Virus record (IMG/VR): IMGVR_UViG_3300027779_002131
Coordinates: 1-61,777 of that record
Reading direction: 5' to 3' (one strand)
Source of the DNA: a virus
Lineage: Duplodnaviria; Caudoviricetes
Length of the DNA stretch: 61,777 bases
The position numbers and the translations under genes are program-made. Below are positions 17,933 to 28,039 of the stretch, in pieces; position 1 is the first letter of the stretch; every line of letters starts with the position of its first letter. The notes under the pieces were generated by a model. The model was not told where the DNA came from and did no database searches. It saw only the letters and a list, made by a program, of their open reading frames with translations.

Positions 17933-20635
17933 ATGAAAACAGTTGTTTTATATCCAGGAAGATTTCAACCAATGCTACCGCACCATGCGGAAGTGTACCG
18001 GCACTTACAGTCTGAATTTCCTGATGCAGAAGTACACATTGTTACAGCAGATAAAGTTGAAGCAGGCAGGTCACCATTTACTGCTGATGAAAAACGTCAG
18101 ATTATGATGCAACAACATGGTATTCCTGAGGATAGGATTATCATTAATAATCAATTATATAACTGGAAAGCATACGAAAATACATTTGACTTGTCTAATA
18201 CTAAACTAATTTTTGCTGTAGGCGGTAAGGATATGGAAGGGAATCCTAGATTTAGTTTCAAACCAAAGAAGGATGGCTCAGCAAGTTACTTACAAATGAT
18301 AAATACAACTAGCGACCATGCATTACCAGGCGATCAAAGAGGTTATGTATACTCTGCACCAACTATAGGTGATGAGAATGAAGCCGCAAGTGCAAGTGCA
18401 TTTAGGCAGGCTTTATTAACTGCACCAGACTTAGATAGTGCTAAAGATGTATTTACTAAGACAATGGGAGAGTTTAATCAAGGTATTTTTGATTTGGTAT
18501 ATGATAAAATTACAGGTAATATTATGAAAGAATCATTAGAAACATTAAAGAAATTAGCAGGCTTGCTCGACGAAGCTCCAGTTAACTTTGCACCAGGCAA
18601 AGGGAATATGGACTACGAACCAGGAGTTAGCTCAAAAGATCAGAAAAATGCGGCCGAAAGACCTGAGAAGGCGGCATCAAGCAATCCAAACTCTGTAGGA
18701 TTTACAGATATTGGACCAGAAGATATGATTAGTGTTGATACCGGTAAGCCAATTAATAGCAAACAAAGAGCTAAAAGCATGGCTAACCAGTTTCCAGATG
18801 GTGCTGACATAAATGACCCAGCAGTTAAGAAAGAACAATTTTTAAAAGTACTAGCACGTTCACCAGGTTATGTATTAGGTGAGATTAATGCTAGATTAGC
18901 CAACGATGACGAAGGCTTTGCCGCAAGTGACAGATTAAGTAATATTATTGATAGGTTACCAGAAGATGGAGTAATGGGATTAGGCGACGAAGATCGCAAA
19001 TGGACATTATCATTAGTAAACAATGCAATCAACAACATGGTATTACACAAGAAAGACCCAGACTTGGATAACTTTGATGATGAACCACATGAATTTCAAG
19101 CTGGCATAGATTCATTAGATAATGAAGAGCCAGAAATGGTCAGTTTAGATGACCCAGAGTATGATTCACAGCCAGATGATGATGAATTAGAAATGGAAGA
19201 AACTAACGATCTCAATGACCTGAGACAAATGGCTGGCTTAGAAAGACAAGAAGTTAGCGAAGGTGGCGAGTGTTACCACTGTGATGGAACAGGAGTACAC
19301 CAAGATGAAGATGGTGAAAACTATGACTGTGAAAAATGTAATGGTTCAGGTTATGTTGGAGCTAGTGACGATGATCAAGATGAACCAGGACAAGATGAAA
19401 TCGATGCTCACGCAGAACCCGTATACAAAAAATATATTAACAACGACCAAGACGAATCATTAGATCTTTCTTCAGTTGTTGAATCTATTATAGGTGAAAA
19501 AAGAATAGACGAATTAAATTTTAGTAAGATAAAAAACTTAATAATGCAAAAAGTAGCATCTAAGTTTGGAAAAGGTGAGCATGACACTATTGAAAAAAGA
19601 ATAACAACATCTTACAAGAATGCAGGCGAAGGCGAATACGATTCATACATTACAGTAGATGGTGAAAAAACATATGGTCCTTTCAGTGGTATTGAAGATT
19701 TTGCAAACGCTATGACAAAGATATCTAATTCATTAATAATGAATAAAGACACCAGCAAGTTTAGCCATAAGGTCCTTAAACCTCTTGATCCTGAGACTGG
19801 CCACGCTTTTCAAGATCCAAAATTTCAACAGAGTGTACGAGATTTAGGGTCCAAATTAAATAAAGCAGATGTAGATGCTTTACCAGTTAAAAAAGAAAGT
19901 GCGCCAGAACAACAAAACTCTGAGATGAGTGATGAAGAATTACATGCATACGTTGGACAAAAAGAAGAAGATTTGGTGCAGGATATGATATATCACTTTG
20001 CTCCAGATTATGTTGGCAAAGATAACTTTGAAGAAAGGTACGAAAGGTACAGAGAAGAAGTATTACTGCCGGCGGCACAGGATGTAAGTGCAGAGAAAAA
20101 TGCAGATGACATGGCTGGCACAGACTATGACAGTGATGACTTTGTAGACAATTACAATATGGTAGGTGATGATGAAATTAACCAAGAAGAGTCCTTAGAC
20201 GAGCTGGATTCGACCCCACAAGATCCGGACGGTAACGGTTACGACGCAGAAGACGCCGCTAGATGGAAGTTAACAGATACTCATAGTGGCAAAGAATACA
20301 GAGCAGGCTCTATATTAACTATGGTACATCCTCCTGCAACAATACTTGCTATTATACCACCAACTGCTTCTACCGAAGGCGCTATATCAACTAGCAACCG
20401 TACTATCAGTAGAAGAGAGTATGAAGCATTAGGATTGAAGATGTCTCAATCAAGACAACGTCCAAGTCAAGGTGAACTAGCATTACCAAAACCGGACCCG
20501 CATCAACCAAACTTACCAGGAATGGCGGGCGTCGTTAAAAAGCTAGAACCTGAGACAACTGAAGGATTAGATTTAGCAATTGATAACGCTCTAGCAGAAA
20601 CAGTAGCAGAGCTTAGAAAACTAGCAGGATTATAA
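17933..20635 (+). CDS. Large modular protein: cytidylyltransferase-like N-terminus, DnaJ-type zinc finger and LxxLAGL repeats
   Basis: YPGRFQPMLPHH; CYHCDGTG...CEKCNGSG; TAAATA-N5-ATG. Confidence 0.75.
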   Translation: MKTVVLYPGRFQPMLPHHAEVYRHLQSEFPDAEVHIVTADKVEAGRSPFTADEKRQIMMQQHGIPEDRIIINNQLYNWKAYENTFDLSNTKLIFAVGGKDMEGNPRFSFKPKKDGSASYLQMINTTSDHALPGDQRGYVYSAPTIGDENEAASASAFRQALLTAPDLDSAKDVFTKTMGEFNQGIFDLVYDKITGNIMKESLETLKKLAGLLDEAPVNFAPGKGNMDYEPGVSSKDQKNAAERPEKAASSNPNSVGFTDIGPEDMISVDTGKPINSKQRAKSMANQFPDGADINDPAVKKEQFLKVLARSPGYVLGEINARLANDDEGFAASDRLSNIIDRLPEDGVMGLGDEDRKWTLSLVNNAINNMVLHKKDPDLDNFDDEPHEFQAGIDSLDNEEPEMVSLDDPEYDSQPDDDELEMEETNDLNDLRQMAGLERQEVSEGGECYHCDGTGVHQDEDGENYDCEKCNGSGYVGASDDDQDEPGQDEIDAHAEPVYKKYINNDQDESLDLSSVVESIIGEKRIDELNFSKIKNLIMQKVASKFGKGEHDTIEKRITTSYKNAGEGEYDSYITVDGEKTYGPFSGIEDFANAMTKISNSLIMNKDTSKFSHKVLKPLDPETGHAFQDPKFQQSVRDLGSKLNKADVDALPVKKESAPEQQNSEMSDEELHAYVGQKEEDLVQDMIYHFAPDYVGKDNFEERYERYREEVLLPAAQDVSAEKNADDMAGTDYDSDDFVDNYNMVGDDEINQEESLDELDSTPQDPDGNGYDAEDAARWKLTDTHSGKEYRAGSILTMVHPPATILAIIPPTASTEGAISTSNRTISRREYEALGLKMSQSRQRPSQGELALPKPDPHQPNLPGMAGVVKKLEPETTEGLDLAIDNALAETVAELRKLAGL

Positions 20636-20636
20636 A

Positions 20637-21095
20637 ATGAACGAAATAGAAAAACTACAACAGTTAGCTGGTATTAAGCCTACAAAGTTAGTTAATAAGC
20701 CGACTATTATAGAGCAACCTCGTTCAACTACATTACTTGATTCATACGATGTTGATAACTCAGCAATTGATGAAAGAGATGCTGGTGATAGCGATAACGA
20801 AAAACTAGCAGTAGGACATGTTGATAACGAAAGAGACATGATCAAAAGAAACTTATTTGAAATGGGTAAATACTGTGTAGAACTATATAAAATGTTAGAC
20901 GAACTTCCAGATTCTGACTTCCCACATTGGTGGCAGGCTAAAATTGTTAAAGCACAAACTTATATTGGCGATTGCAAACATTACTTAGAAAACAGTTTAG
21001 AAGTACCAGCAGGTGATGATATGACTGGAGATGGTTCACAAGGTAGTGTTGACGTAGTTGACGATGATGACTTAGATCCAAGTGGTGTTAGTTAA
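20637..21095 (+). CDS. Hypothetical acidic protein
   Basis: KLQQLAGI N-terminus; WWQAKI...HYLE. Confidence 0.7.
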   Translation: MNEIEKLQQLAGIKPTKLVNKPTIIEQPRSTTLLDSYDVDNSAIDERDAGDSDNEKLAVGHVDNERDMIKRNLFEMGKYCVELYKMLDELPDSDFPHWWQAKIVKAQTYIGDCKHYLENSLEVPAGDDMTGDGSQGSVDVVDDDDLDPSGVS

Positions 21096-21937
21096 TCTTT
21101 TTTATTAAGAACTAACTCACTTCCGTATTCAGCCCAAAACTTCCCAGCCCTTGGACCACCGTTACCTGTACCATCTGATTCCCCAGGTATTTTAACCCAA
21201 AGAAACGCATCACATTTATCTATATCTGTATCACAAGTAGGCGGAATGCCTAATGCTCTTCCCGGAGGATTACACCAGTCGTTTCCATAGGGTCCGTTGC
21301 CATTACGACTAGTATCGATAACAAAACGCTTGTTAGACGTGTTCTCTGTAAGTCTAAGAGCCCATTTAACACTCTCTTCCGTACTTCTAAAGTTACTTAC
21401 ATTAACACTAAATCCACGTACATGCTTATTAGTAACAGAGTTAATTAACTTGCCTGCAACATCAGGTTCCAGCCAATTGCTGTGGCCTATATCAACATAA
21501 ACAATAGCATTACTATGTGTTGTTAGTACTTCGAGACCGTGTTTCATGAGCTTAATACGAAACTCTCTATCTTCTTTGTCCATTAAAGTGCTATGAGGTA
21601 ATGCATCAGGCTCAAATATAACTATAGGACTATGTTCCCCAATCCCGTTACAGAACTGAAATAAGAAATCTATATAATCTTCTTCACCACTTGCACCACC
21701 TTTACTGTAATGCCCCATATCTCGTGAAGGCAAATTGTATATAACAAATACAGGTAGTTGTGGTAAGGATCTTGTTAGTAAACGATTTATACCTTTGTGT
21801 AGATCTTTGCAACCTTTACCGTTACGTTCGCCATACCAAAAAGAAACAGGATGTTCAAATATCTTGCTTACTGCCGGGAACTGTATCTTGTGGTTTTTAA
21901 CCCTGTCAAAGTTATTAACAAAGAACGGATATTCCAT
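21092..21937 (-). CDS. Glycoside hydrolase family 6 (cellulase-type)
   Basis: YNLPSRD, FEPDAL, DIGHSNWL, NVSNF, IDTSRNG, WCNPPG and LWVKIPGESDG. Confidence 0.93.
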   Translation of the reverse strand: MEYPFFVNNFDRVKNHKIQFPAVSKIFEHPVSFWYGERNGKGCKDLHKGINRLLTRSLPQLPVFVIYNLPSRDMGHYSKGGASGEEDYIDFLFQFCNGIGEHSPIVIFEPDALPHSTLMDKEDREFRIKLMKHGLEVLTTHSNAIVYVDIGHSNWLEPDVAGKLINSVTNKHVRGFSVNVSNFRSTEESVKWALRLTENTSNKRFVIDTSRNGNGPYGNDWCNPPGRALGIPPTCDTDIDKCDAFLWVKIPGESDGTGNGGPRAGKFWAEYGSELVLNKKD

Positions 21938-21944
21938 ACGCTAC

Positions 21945-22250
21945 CTACTCGAACATAGGTGCTAGTTCATTGTTTTGGTGCATCTCTGTAATAATATCAC
22001 ATCCACCAACTAACTCTCCCTTAACAAACAGTTGCGGGAATGTAGGCCAATCACTAACACTAGGAAGTGTTGCTCTAATTTCAGGGTCTGCTAATATATC
22101 TACATAACTAAATGGCTTGCCGACTTCTATAAGTGCTTGTACTACTTTAGCACTAAAGCCACATTCTGGTTTATGAGGTGTGCCTTTCATGAATAATATT
22201 GCATCACTTGTACTGATCATTTCGTTTATTTGTTCTACTGTTTTTGTCAT
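21945..22250 (-). CDS. grxD: Monothiol glutaredoxin (Grx4)
   Basis: LFMKGTP..P.CGFS, WPTFPQL and GGCD. Confidence 0.95.
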   Translation of the reverse strand: MTKTVEQINEMISTSDAILFMKGTPHKPECGFSAKVVQALIEVGKPFSYVDILADPEIRATLPSVSDWPTFPQLFVKGELVGGCDIITEMHQNNELAPMFE

Positions 22251-22765
22251 TTTTGCATCTTCATTATTTGTTTAACTCGCTTTTCACGTTTCTTCATTGC
22301 TCTTTGCAATTTCATATCACTTGCATATTCTAAAAATAATTTACCTTCTAAGTGATCGAATTCGTGTTGAAAACATTGTGCGTCTGTACCGTCTAGCTCT
22401 AATGTGTGTTCTTTTTGAAAGCAGTCCTGAAACTTAACAACGCATGTTGCCGGTCTTGTTACCATAAAAAATAGTAATGGAAACGTTAAACAACCTTCTT
22501 CTTGACAAATTGTTTCTTCAGATTGAGAAATAATCTCAGGATTATAAACTCCCATGTCGCCAATTGTTCTATGATTCATTACAAACATTCTGTAACTAGC
22601 ACCTAATTGTGGAGCCGCTAGTCCTATGCCAAACCTATCTTTCATAAGTTGTAACATTTCTGTTTGTCTATCATGCCAAACTACATCAGTCGCACTAAAA
22701 GGATCTATATCTGATCTAATGTGTAACGATTGATGGTTTGGTTCGACTAACATAATGTTTTCCAT
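22247..22765 (-). CDS. def: Peptide deformylase
   Basis: GIGLAAPQ, EGCLT and QHEFDHL; TAAATA-N5-ATG. Confidence 0.95.
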   Translation of the reverse strand: MENIMLVEPNHQSLHIRSDIDPFSATDVVWHDRQTEMLQLMKDRFGIGLAAPQLGASYRMFVMNHRTIGDMGVYNPEIISQSEETICQEEGCLTFPLLFFMVTRPATCVVKFQDCFQKEHTLELDGTDAQCFQHEFDHLEGKLFLEYASDMKLQRAMKKREKRVKQIMKMQK

Positions 22766-22773
22766 ACTACTAT

Positions 22774-23085
22774 TTATTTGATGTGTTTACAATTGCCTCT
22801 AAACGTGAATCCAGGACATGAACATTTTCCGTCATCAATAGTATATACTTTACCATTTGAACCTTGTACTGTAACAACACCAGCCGCAAGTCCTTCTTCT
22901 CGTTCACCGAGTTTAACGAACTTACGTCTGCTCTTGCTAAACTGCTTTAAAGGATTCTTAAATGTTTTTAAGTCGCCTACTAGCGGTTTATATGCTACTA
23001 ACTGTCCAGCACCGTTAACATGATAAATGCCATTACTAACAGAATAATTTCCCCAATCAGTTACTTCTTGTAATATATCGATCAT
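22774..23085 (-). CDS. SWIM zinc-finger protein
   Basis: CSCPGF...CKH. Confidence 0.75.
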   Translation of the reverse strand: MIDILQEVTDWGNYSVSNGIYHVNGAGQLVAYKPLVGDLKTFKNPLKQFSKSRRKFVKLGEREEGLAAGVVTVQGSNGKVYTIDDGKCSCPGFTFRGNCKHIK

Positions 23086-23387
23086 ACTAAACCTACTAAA
23101 CCCCGCACAATTGATTGTGCTAATACAGTGACAATAACAGCATTAAGCATAATTAATGCCCTGTCTTTCCAAAGTAAGCCAACTGTGAGCCAGCCCATTG
23201 TTCCTACTAAACTAAACCATACATCAATCATATGGTATTCTATGCCGGCGCTTCTTGCCACTACAGCTATTAATATGAAGGCACTTGCACACCATTTAAC
23301 ATACCAACTTAAATCTTGCTTTGGTGTTGCCGATTTATAGATTCGTTTACTATTTTCTAATTCCTTAGGATCAAATTGTTTGCTCAT
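23082..23387 (-). CDS. Small three-TM membrane protein
   Basis: WYVKW...W..G.LWKDRALIMLN. Confidence 0.75.
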   Translation of the reverse strand: MSKQFDPKELENSKRIYKSATPKQDLSWYVKWCASAFILIAVVARSAGIEYHMIDVWFSLVGTMGWLTVGLLWKDRALIMLNAVIVTVLAQSIVRGLVGLV

Positions 23388-23893
23388 TACTTTACATCCA
23401 TAATTTGTGCTCTTGCTCTTGCTTTAAGTGAAGGGTCTGCTTTATCCAACAAGCTCAAAGTGTGCAACTTCTCAATTTTGTATGTTTTCCAAAACCTAGG
23501 ATCTTGTACAGATATGTCTGAACTGTTATGAATTAAATCAGCAACCTTAACAGTTTGTGCTCCAGCTGGACCTTTAGCATTGTGCTCAGCATCTAATTGC
23601 TTTCTGTGTGCTCTGTTGCCATCTTCTAAAACAGAGATGTCTGTTAAAAAATAAACAAGCTCTGCAACATCAGGTCCAAACTCTTTAGTAATCTCATCAA
23701 TTGTTACTTCAGTATCTTCAACAACATCATGCAATATAGCCGCCACTACCATTTCTTCAGTATGATCAACTGATTCAACAATCTCTGATACTGCGATAGG
23801 ATGAGTGATATACGGAGAACCACAGTACTTTCGTACTTGGCTTCCGTGTGCCTCAGTGGCAAATAGTATTGCTCTTTCTTTCATGTTATGCAA
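23387..23893 (-). CDS. Small alarmone (ppGpp) hydrolase, SpoT/Mesh1-type HD domain
   Basis: AH..Q.RK..G.PYITHP, LHDVVEDT and KVADLIHN. Confidence 0.88.
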   Translation of the reverse strand: MHNMKERAILFATEAHGSQVRKYCGSPYITHPIAVSEIVESVDHTEEMVVAAILHDVVEDTEVTIDEITKEFGPDVAELVYFLTDISVLEDGNRAHRKQLDAEHNAKGPAGAQTVKVADLIHNSSDISVQDPRFWKTYKIEKLHTLSLLDKADPSLKARARAQIMDVK

Positions 23894-24359
23894 CTTCTAA
23901 ATTATTTATTTGAATTTGTGCAAAGCCCATACCATCTACAATGTTGAACTCGCCAGTTGAAGTGTCTTCAACAATGTCACCAACTGATAGTGAATGCATG
24001 TCTCTATATTCACTCACTTCTTTAGTCTTCTTGTTTAAGTAAGTCTTCATCTTAAAGCCACTAACGAAAGCATCAAACGTTTCGTCTGTGTCTGTGTCTT
24101 CGTTGTAGTAGTAACCATTTAGGATTTTGAATACTTCTTCTAATTCGCTATTAACTGGACCTTCAAAGTTAGCAACTTCACATACCTTAGTGTAATGCTC
24201 AAACATATCAGTAGTAAATCCTTCTGAACCTTTATGCATTACTTCCATATGAGCATTGTACTCTGGGTACTTTTCAGAAGTCTTTGTGTGTCCGCCTTCT
24301 GGACCGTTAACAAAGTTGTATACTTCTTCGCTTAGTTTGATTTGGTAAATGTTGTACAT
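23886..24359 (-). CDS. YodL-like domain protein
   Basis: YNIYQI...LEEVF...HSLSVGDIV. Confidence 0.7.
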   Translation of the reverse strand: MYNIYQIKLSEEVYNFVNGPEGGHTKTSEKYPEYNAHMEVMHKGSEGFTTDMFEHYTKVCEVANFEGPVNSELEEVFKILNGYYYNEDTDTDETFDAFVSGFKMKTYLNKKTKEVSEYRDMHSLSVGDIVEDTSTGEFNIVDGMGFAQIQINNLEVA

Positions 24360-24390
24360 AAATTGCCTTCTTTATTTAATTTATACAACT

Positions 24391-24418
24391 ATTATAGCAA
24401 ATATTGGCAATTTGTCAA
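24391..24418 (-). promoter_or_regulatory. Sigma70-type promoter
   Basis: TTGACA-N16-TATAAT. Confidence 0.78.
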
Positions 24419-24458
24419 CCGTTTTCGTAAGGTGTAGACCGTTGATTTTAGTAGGTTT

Positions 24459-25205
24459 TTAAGATTTCTTAACGGTTTTTTGGCTCGGAACTAGCATTTC
24501 TGCCCATTTTATCATGAAATAATAGGTGCCATCTAGTAATCCAAACCTAGCATCACCTGGATTCCAGTGATGATTTGCATGGTATAATTCACCCATCCAA
24601 GGTATAGCAAGTAGTGAACTATTGCGTGGCTTTAATTCTGTTGAGTGCCCTACTAAATTAAGTCCTACTTGGTAAAGATACGATATAGAAATTAGAGATA
24701 CCATTACTTGCCAACTTAAAAAGTATGATACAATCACTTGTAAAGTAATTGCTGTTTCCCAATAGTATTTGGTTTGTTTAGCATATAACCTATCTCTAAG
24801 CATCCAACGAGGTATGTGTCTTATTGGCGGCACTTTGTTAAACACACAGAAGTTATCCCATATACTATGCATATGACCATGAGGGTCGCCTTCTTTATCT
24901 GTGTGAACGTGATGAGATAAATGTACAGCCGCCCAACCCATTGCAGGTTGATTAAGTAATGCTGTGGTACTGCCTAATAAGAATACTTCTAACCATCTAG
25001 GCATTTTCCAACTTCTATGAGAACAATACCTATGTAAGAAGCCAGAAGTAGTAAAACCTGTAAATATTGTAGCACCTACAAATAGTGTTAACCACTCTGT
25101 AAGTGTGAAGTGGAAAACTGTAAAGTATGCAAACAGTAAACTTGCTATCATAAAAATAGTAGTGTGTATCTTACCGTTTTGTTTTCCAAATAGTTTAAAA
25201 AGCAT
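24459..25205 (-). CDS. Membrane fatty-acid desaturase (delta-9-like)
   Basis: His boxes HRYCSH, HLSHH..TD..GDPH and HANHH. Confidence 0.92.
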   Translation of the reverse strand: MLFKLFGKQNGKIHTTIFMIASLLFAYFTVFHFTLTEWLTLFVGATIFTGFTTSGFLHRYCSHRSWKMPRWLEVFLLGSTTALLNQPAMGWAAVHLSHHVHTDKEGDPHGHMHSIWDNFCVFNKVPPIRHIPRWMLRDRLYAKQTKYYWETAITLQVIVSYFLSWQVMVSLISISYLYQVGLNLVGHSTELKPRNSSLLAIPWMGELYHANHHWNPGDARFGLLDGTYYFMIKWAEMLVPSQKTVKKS

Positions 25206-25385
25206 TTATTTTACCTTGATAAATTCAATAAGCCCTTCAGCTGTCTCCTTGTATTTCAAAAAACCTCGTTGCATTAATGCATCAATAGTGTTCTCAGAAC
25301 CTGTCCTGACACCACTTTTAAATCCAAAATACAAACCTATCAATGTTCCTATTATGTAAGGAAGTATTATTATATATGGTTCCAT
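25206..25385 (-). CDS. 59-aa membrane protein missing from the ORF track
   Basis: MEPYIIILPYIIGTLIGLYFGFKSG...; GAGG SD; abuts the desaturase. Confidence 0.7.
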   Translation of the reverse strand: MEPYIIILPYIIGTLIGLYFGFKSGVRTGSENTIDALMQRGFLKYKETAEGLIEFIKVK

Positions 25386-25437
25386 GTATAACCTCTCAAC
25401 TTTAAAAAGTATATTGTATTACTACTTATCATTATTT

Positions 25438-25764
25438 TCAATCTCCAAAGAATGTCGATGGAGCTTTTATTTGCTTAATCTTCTTCCACCACTTGCCTAA
25501 TATGTGTCCCCAAGTTGCCGAAGTGTACTTTTCTTTCAGTGTAATATAGTAAGTATCTGTGGCTGGCAATATAATAGTTTCACCTGCTTTGCCTTCAGTT
25601 CCTTCGTACACAGAGTCTGTTCTAAATTCTATTTTCTTACCGCCGTGGTTGAAATGTAATATAAGCATACCGTCTCTGCCTTCTAATGCATTTATGTTTT
25701 CATATACTTCTAGCATTGCAAAGTCTTCTGCTATCTGATTTATTTTATCAGTGTATTGGCTCAT
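25438..25764 (-). CDS. Hypothetical protein
   Basis: GGAG SD before MSQYTD; ATGA overlap. Confidence 0.65.
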   Translation of the reverse strand: MSQYTDKINQIAEDFAMLEVYENINALEGRDGMLILHFNHGGKKIEFRTDSVYEGTEGKAGETIILPATDTYYITLKEKYTSATWGHILGKWWKKIKQIKAPSTFFGD

Positions 25765-25916
25765 GATATTTCTCCCATGGCTAACCAATCTCTGTAGGAT
25801 AATGGGTCATTTGTGGTGATACGATACTTGTTGTATTCTTCCTTTTTAATTCTTGATGCTTCCATGGTCTTGACCCATTCATCGGAGTTCTTTCTCCATT
25901 GCTCCGAATTATTCAT
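25761..25916 (-). CDS. Small hypothetical protein
   Basis: MNNSEQW...; tightly packed. Confidence 0.55.
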   Translation of the reverse strand: MNNSEQWRKNSDEWVKTMEASRIKKEEYNKYRITTNDPLSYRDWLAMGEIS

Positions 25917-25920
25917 TGAC

Positions 25921-26457
25921 TTATTGTAATATGTTAAAGTGCTTGTATGATTGTTGTACACAGACTGCTTGGTAGTAAGCATCAGCATCTGCACTATGTA
26001 AGTTTTGCTGAATTGCTTTACGTGGATCTGATGGCATCATATTGAATACTGTTCTACAATCCATTATTTGCCAAAATGCCCAACCTTTGTGATATTTAAA
26101 CTGAGTAAACAAGTTCTCTAAAATAACCATATCAAACTGAGGACCTTGACACCAAATTTTATCACAACCAACTAGATACTTGTTTAATTGTGCCGCAAAG
26201 TCACTTAACGGTATCCTGTCCTCATCTGAAAATGCTTCGTCTTGGATATGTTGAGGCTGTTTTGCCCACCATTCTAATGTACTTTCTAGTACACTACGTC
26301 CATCTTCAGTCTGTACGTCTACTGTAGGGCGCCACAGTTGCTTTGTGTGAGGTTCTATACTGTTATACGGATCAAACTTAACTGCACCTACTGAGAGTAT
26401 AACAGCATCAGGCTCTGTGCCTAATGTCTCGATGTCAATCATTGCATGTGTAGCCAT
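25921..26457 (-). CDS. DEDDh 3'-5' exonuclease
   Basis: MIDIETLG, FD..IL and HSADADA..QA. Confidence 0.88.
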   Translation of the reverse strand: MATHAMIDIETLGTEPDAVILSVGAVKFDPYNSIEPHTKQLWRPTVDVQTEDGRSVLESTLEWWAKQPQHIQDEAFSDEDRIPLSDFAAQLNKYLVGCDKIWCQGPQFDMVILENLFTQFKYHKGWAFWQIMDCRTVFNMMPSDPRKAIQQNLHSADADAYYQAVCVQQSYKHFNILQ

Positions 26458-26480
26458 ACGGATACTCCTATAAAAAGTAT

Positions 26481-26508
26481 ATTATACAGGCTTTACAGCA
26501 TTTGTCAA
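26481..26508 (-). promoter_or_regulatory. Sigma70-type promoter
   Basis: TTGACA-N16-TATAAT. Confidence 0.75.
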
Positions 26509-27155
26509 GTATTATTTGTTATCTGTCTTGCTAGGATTTTAGTGAATGCTTTATGTGACTGGATGCCAGCATGTCCATCTGGTGTTCTGTCTGTAGGCTT
26601 CCATGTTAACAACTTTATATTGTCGTTCCAAAAGGGTTTTATCATGATTGTATCCGGTATTACAGCATGTATAACTTGTATAACACCTATACTTTTTAGA
26701 TAAAAGTCTGCGTGAGATATAAACAAGTTCATAATTATATCAGCATCGATAGGATCATATACATGCTCAAAGTATGCTTTACTTATATCGTTATCTAGCC
26801 AACTAGCTACTGCTGTTGTATGTTCTGTATAGAATCGACCTGACACATGTTCTGCTATGCGCCACTTATCTGTAGTAGAAGGATCTTCTTGAGGAGTGTT
26901 AATAATACAAGTTCGTTGAGCTGACGACCACATTATTGTTACAATATCACCTTTGTTTATTTTAGATTGTAAAATAGTGTTCCAAATTTGTTTATTGCTG
27001 GAACCAGGTGATCCTAGATTTAATGTACTACATTTAAAAGAGTTTGCTAATAGTTGTGGATATGCAAATAAACTTGGTGCCGGGTTTCTATTGCTATTGC
27101 AATCTTCCATTCCAGTACCATAAGTGTAACTGTCACCGAATGACAATATTCGCAT
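26505..27155 (-). CDS. SGNH/GDSL-like hydrolase
   Basis: FGDSYTYG, NLGSPGSSN and DGH. Confidence 0.8.
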   Translation of the reverse strand: MRILSFGDSYTYGTGMEDCNSNRNPAPSLFAYPQLLANSFKCSTLNLGSPGSSNKQIWNTILQSKINKGDIVTIMWSSAQRTCIINTPQEDPSTTDKWRIAEHVSGRFYTEHTTAVASWLDNDISKAYFEHVYDPIDADIIMNLFISHADFYLKSIGVIQVIHAVIPDTIMIKPFWNDNIKLLTWKPTDRTPDGHAGIQSHKAFTKILARQITNNT

Positions 27156-28039
27156 TATAACTCTAGAACTACATCATCGGGAATAACATCGGCGCCTGCG
27201 TCTAATTGTCCGGCACCTTTAACACCGTCTGGGAATATCATTTTTTCAAACGGATCTTGCGTACCTGCTTGTACATTATCCCACCAGTCTGAATGTTGTC
27301 CTATTTTGTCCAGATACCATGCAATTTTGTATGCAGTTCTAACTCTAGAATTTTGCATGTCTGCATGTCCAAAGTCTGCCGGATCCGATGGATTACCTTC
27401 TGAGTATGACCTAGCCTTGAATGTTTCATCATCGTTGTTACCTGTTAAGTCTGCACGATCATGTAGAAAGTTAATATCAATTCTTTCAAATATATCTAAC
27501 ATGTAAGCAACATGGCTTAACCAAGCATCATTCTGAGAATTCATACTTAAATGATCCATTAATCTAAACCAATCCATTGGAATAATAGGAAGTATAGCAT
27601 AAGGATGTCCTGCATGATTATCATGTGGAGCAAACAATTTGAATTGACCATTTTTGCTTTCAATTTGGTCGTCCCAACCTTGTGTTTCCATTAGTGCATC
27701 ATCATTCCAAAAGAATAACCATTGCCCTGTAGCAGATGAAGCCAGTGTGTTTACATATACATGCAACTTTGAATAACCTAGTGGTTCAAAAATATTTGCT
27801 CTACATTCAACACCTTGCTCTTGCAAGTAAGGAGCAATCTCTTGTTCAATAAAAGGTCGTACTTCTTCGTCATCGTCATCGAGTCCTAATAAAATTTCTA
27901 TTCTAGTTGGATCATTTGCATGACTAATTAGACTTTCTAAACTCTTCTTTAATAGATCAGTTCTTCCTCTAGTAGGTAGTAACACTGATATAACAGTTTT
28001 GTCTATCTTGCTATGAATCTCTTTTACTTCTTCAGCCAT
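27155..28039 (-). CDS. GT2-family glycosyltransferase
   Basis: ISVLLPTRGR, LDDDD and WNDD. Confidence 0.85.
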   Translation of the reverse strand: MAEEVKEIHSKIDKTVISVLLPTRGRTDLLKKSLESLISHANDPTRIEILLGLDDDDEEVRPFIEQEIAPYLQEQGVECRANIFEPLGYSKLHVYVNTLASSATGQWLFFWNDDALMETQGWDDQIESKNGQFKLFAPHDNHAGHPYAILPIIPMDWFRLMDHLSMNSQNDAWLSHVAYMLDIFERIDINFLHDRADLTGNNDDETFKARSYSEGNPSDPADFGHADMQNSRVRTAYKIAWYLDKIGQHSDWWDNVQAGTQDPFEKMIFPDGVKGAGQLDAGADVIPDDVVLEL

